DNA from: a virus | Lineage: Duplodnaviria > Caudoviricetes | DNA: 25,127 nucleotides | Direction: 5' to 3' (one strand) | IMG/VR virus record: IMGVR_UViG_3300038673_000366 | Location: 1-25,127 of that record | Shown: piece after piece, positions 23,942 to 25,127 of the stretch | Layout of the letters: every line of letters begins with the position of its first letter | Position numbering within the stretch: the first letter of the stretch is position 1 | Notes under the pieces: model-generated | Databases searched by the model: none | What the model saw: only the letters and a program-made list of their open reading frames with translations | What the model was told of the DNA's origin: nothing | Position numbers and translations under genes: made by a program

Positions 23942-25127
23942 ATGGGGGATTTTACAAACTGGGCAGTAACACCTCTGTTGCCTCCGCCTCCTCCTTTGCC
24001 TGATAGAAGTAAAAGGGAGGGAAGGTATGCTGGGCTTCCTCCACCTCCTGCTGAACAGGCTCTTTACACTACTGTAGATAAGTTGGCTATGGGATTGTAT
24101 AACTGGGGTATACGCCCTCTTTCCTCTCCCCTTGGAATGGCCACCGCTGCCCTTGGACCTGCCTTAGCCTCTGGGGCAATACCCATGAGGTATATAGTGG
24201 CTGGTGGTGGAGCACTAGGGGGGCATGGAGCCATTCAGGAGGGGAAAGCAGGGCAGTGGATGCCTTCAACGGAGTCTCCGGGGGCTCTTCTCAATGCCAC
24301 CTTGGCTGCAACCCCTGCAGCCGTGGCGGCGTGGTTACCTCATACTAGAGCTTCCCTCATTAAACCCAAAACCTCTACCCCTTCTCAGTCTGTCCCAGAT
24401 GTGGTTCCTAACCCTAGTAGGAGGCAATTCCTCAAACAAGCTGGGCCAGTGGCTGCTGGGACGGCCCTTGGGGCTCCGGCAGCAGTTAAGGTGGCTGGGA
24501 AGGTGGCTAGTTGGGGGGAGAAGGGAGCGGCTGCTGCTCCAGCGGCTTCTACGGCTTCTACAGTAGCTGCCGCTGAGTGGGTGCCTATTGGGACGAAGGT
24601 TAGGTATATGGGTGGTAGTGGGACGTATCACGTTACTAAAATCTACAAAAACTCCGCTGGAGATATTGCCCATGACACCGTGCTACACAGTGGTACCAAA
24701 GCTGGTGCATTAGAACATGCCCCAGAGTCTGTGATTCGTCAAGCTGAGCAGAAAGCACTGAGTAATGAATCTGGCCACCCTTATGGTTCTGCTACCGAAG
24801 GTTCTAGCGGAGGACCCTATGTGCAGGATGAGCATTTATACGTAGAAACAAATCCTGCAACAGGGCCAGCCGCAGTCCATCGACGCGTAAACTTTGTGCA
24901 CCCTGAGCATGGGAGAGTTATAGATGTGGCTGTTGCAAGGCACGGTGAGACAGTGGTTACATATATGAATGCTGCCGGTGACCGGCATAGTATTATATTC
25001 CCTAGAAGTACTACGAGAGAGCAACTCCGTACTTATGCTGGTGATGTAATAACCGACGCAATTCATAATACGGGGATTGGTCATATACCTGATACTTGGC
25101 TGTCCTCTGATATGTATGAGCTGGCTC
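23942..25127 (+). CDS. Large Ala/Gly/Pro-rich protein, possibly virion-associated; truncated by the window end (>=395 aa; not in the ORF track)
   Basis: ATG 23942 after GGGGGAG; hand translation is open to the end of the window (MGDFTNWAVTPLLPPPPPLP...SRRQFLKQAG...). Confidence 0.75.
   Translation, partial: MGDFTNWAVTPLLPPPPPLPDRSKREGRYAGLPPPPAEQALYTTVDKLAMGLYNWGIRPLSSPLGMATAALGPALASGAIPMRYIVAGGGALGGHGAIQEGKAGQWMPSTESPGALLNATLAATPAAVAAWLPHTRASLIKPKTSTPSQSVPDVVPNPSRRQFLKQAGPVAAGTALGAPAAVKVAGKVASWGEKGAAAAPAASTASTVAAAEWVPIGTKVRYMGGSGTYHVTKIYKNSAGDIAHDTVLHSGTKAGALEHAPESVIRQAEQKALSNESGHPYGSATEGSSGGPYVQDEHLYVETNPATGPAAVHRRVNFVHPEHGRVIDVAVARHGETVVTYMNAAGDRHSIIFPRSTTREQLRTYAGDVITDAIHNTGIGHIPDTWLSSDMYELA

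Noticed and set aside
17851-25084. Minus-strand and off-frame ORFs in the late region (e.g. 17851-18249, 20555-20812, 24225-24566, 24335-24673)
   Set aside because: They overlap stronger plus-strand genes; 24225-24566 is an alternate frame of the long ORF starting at 23942.

Overview
This window is a 25 kb segment of a tailed dsDNA phage or prophage; no host genes, integrase, tRNAs or CRISPR array were seen. Positions ~175-17400 are a mostly minus-strand early region: many small hypothetical and zinc-ribbon genes, a MazG-like pyrophosphohydrolase, and a recombination triad (Cas4-like exonuclease, Sak4-like ATPase, SSB-like protein). A plus-strand RepA/AAA_25 helicase interrupts this region; it has a structured 5' leader and is followed by an 11-copy TGT[G/C]ACA iteron field (likely origin). 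Positions ~17980 to the end are the plus-strand late/packaging region: a terS-like gene, a large terminase split into ATPase and nuclease genes with an intein in the Walker A motif, and several possibly virion-associated genes. The standout is a compact, apparently intact ubiquitin-like conjugation operon in the early region (10985-14870, minus). Its order is a large E2-fold protein, a JAB/JAMM peptidase, a ThiF-family E1, a small Zn-binding protein and a tandem di-Ubl precursor (..VKGG|G..VKGG|R), bracketed by two related hairpins. All calls come from reading motifs by eye; no database searches were run.
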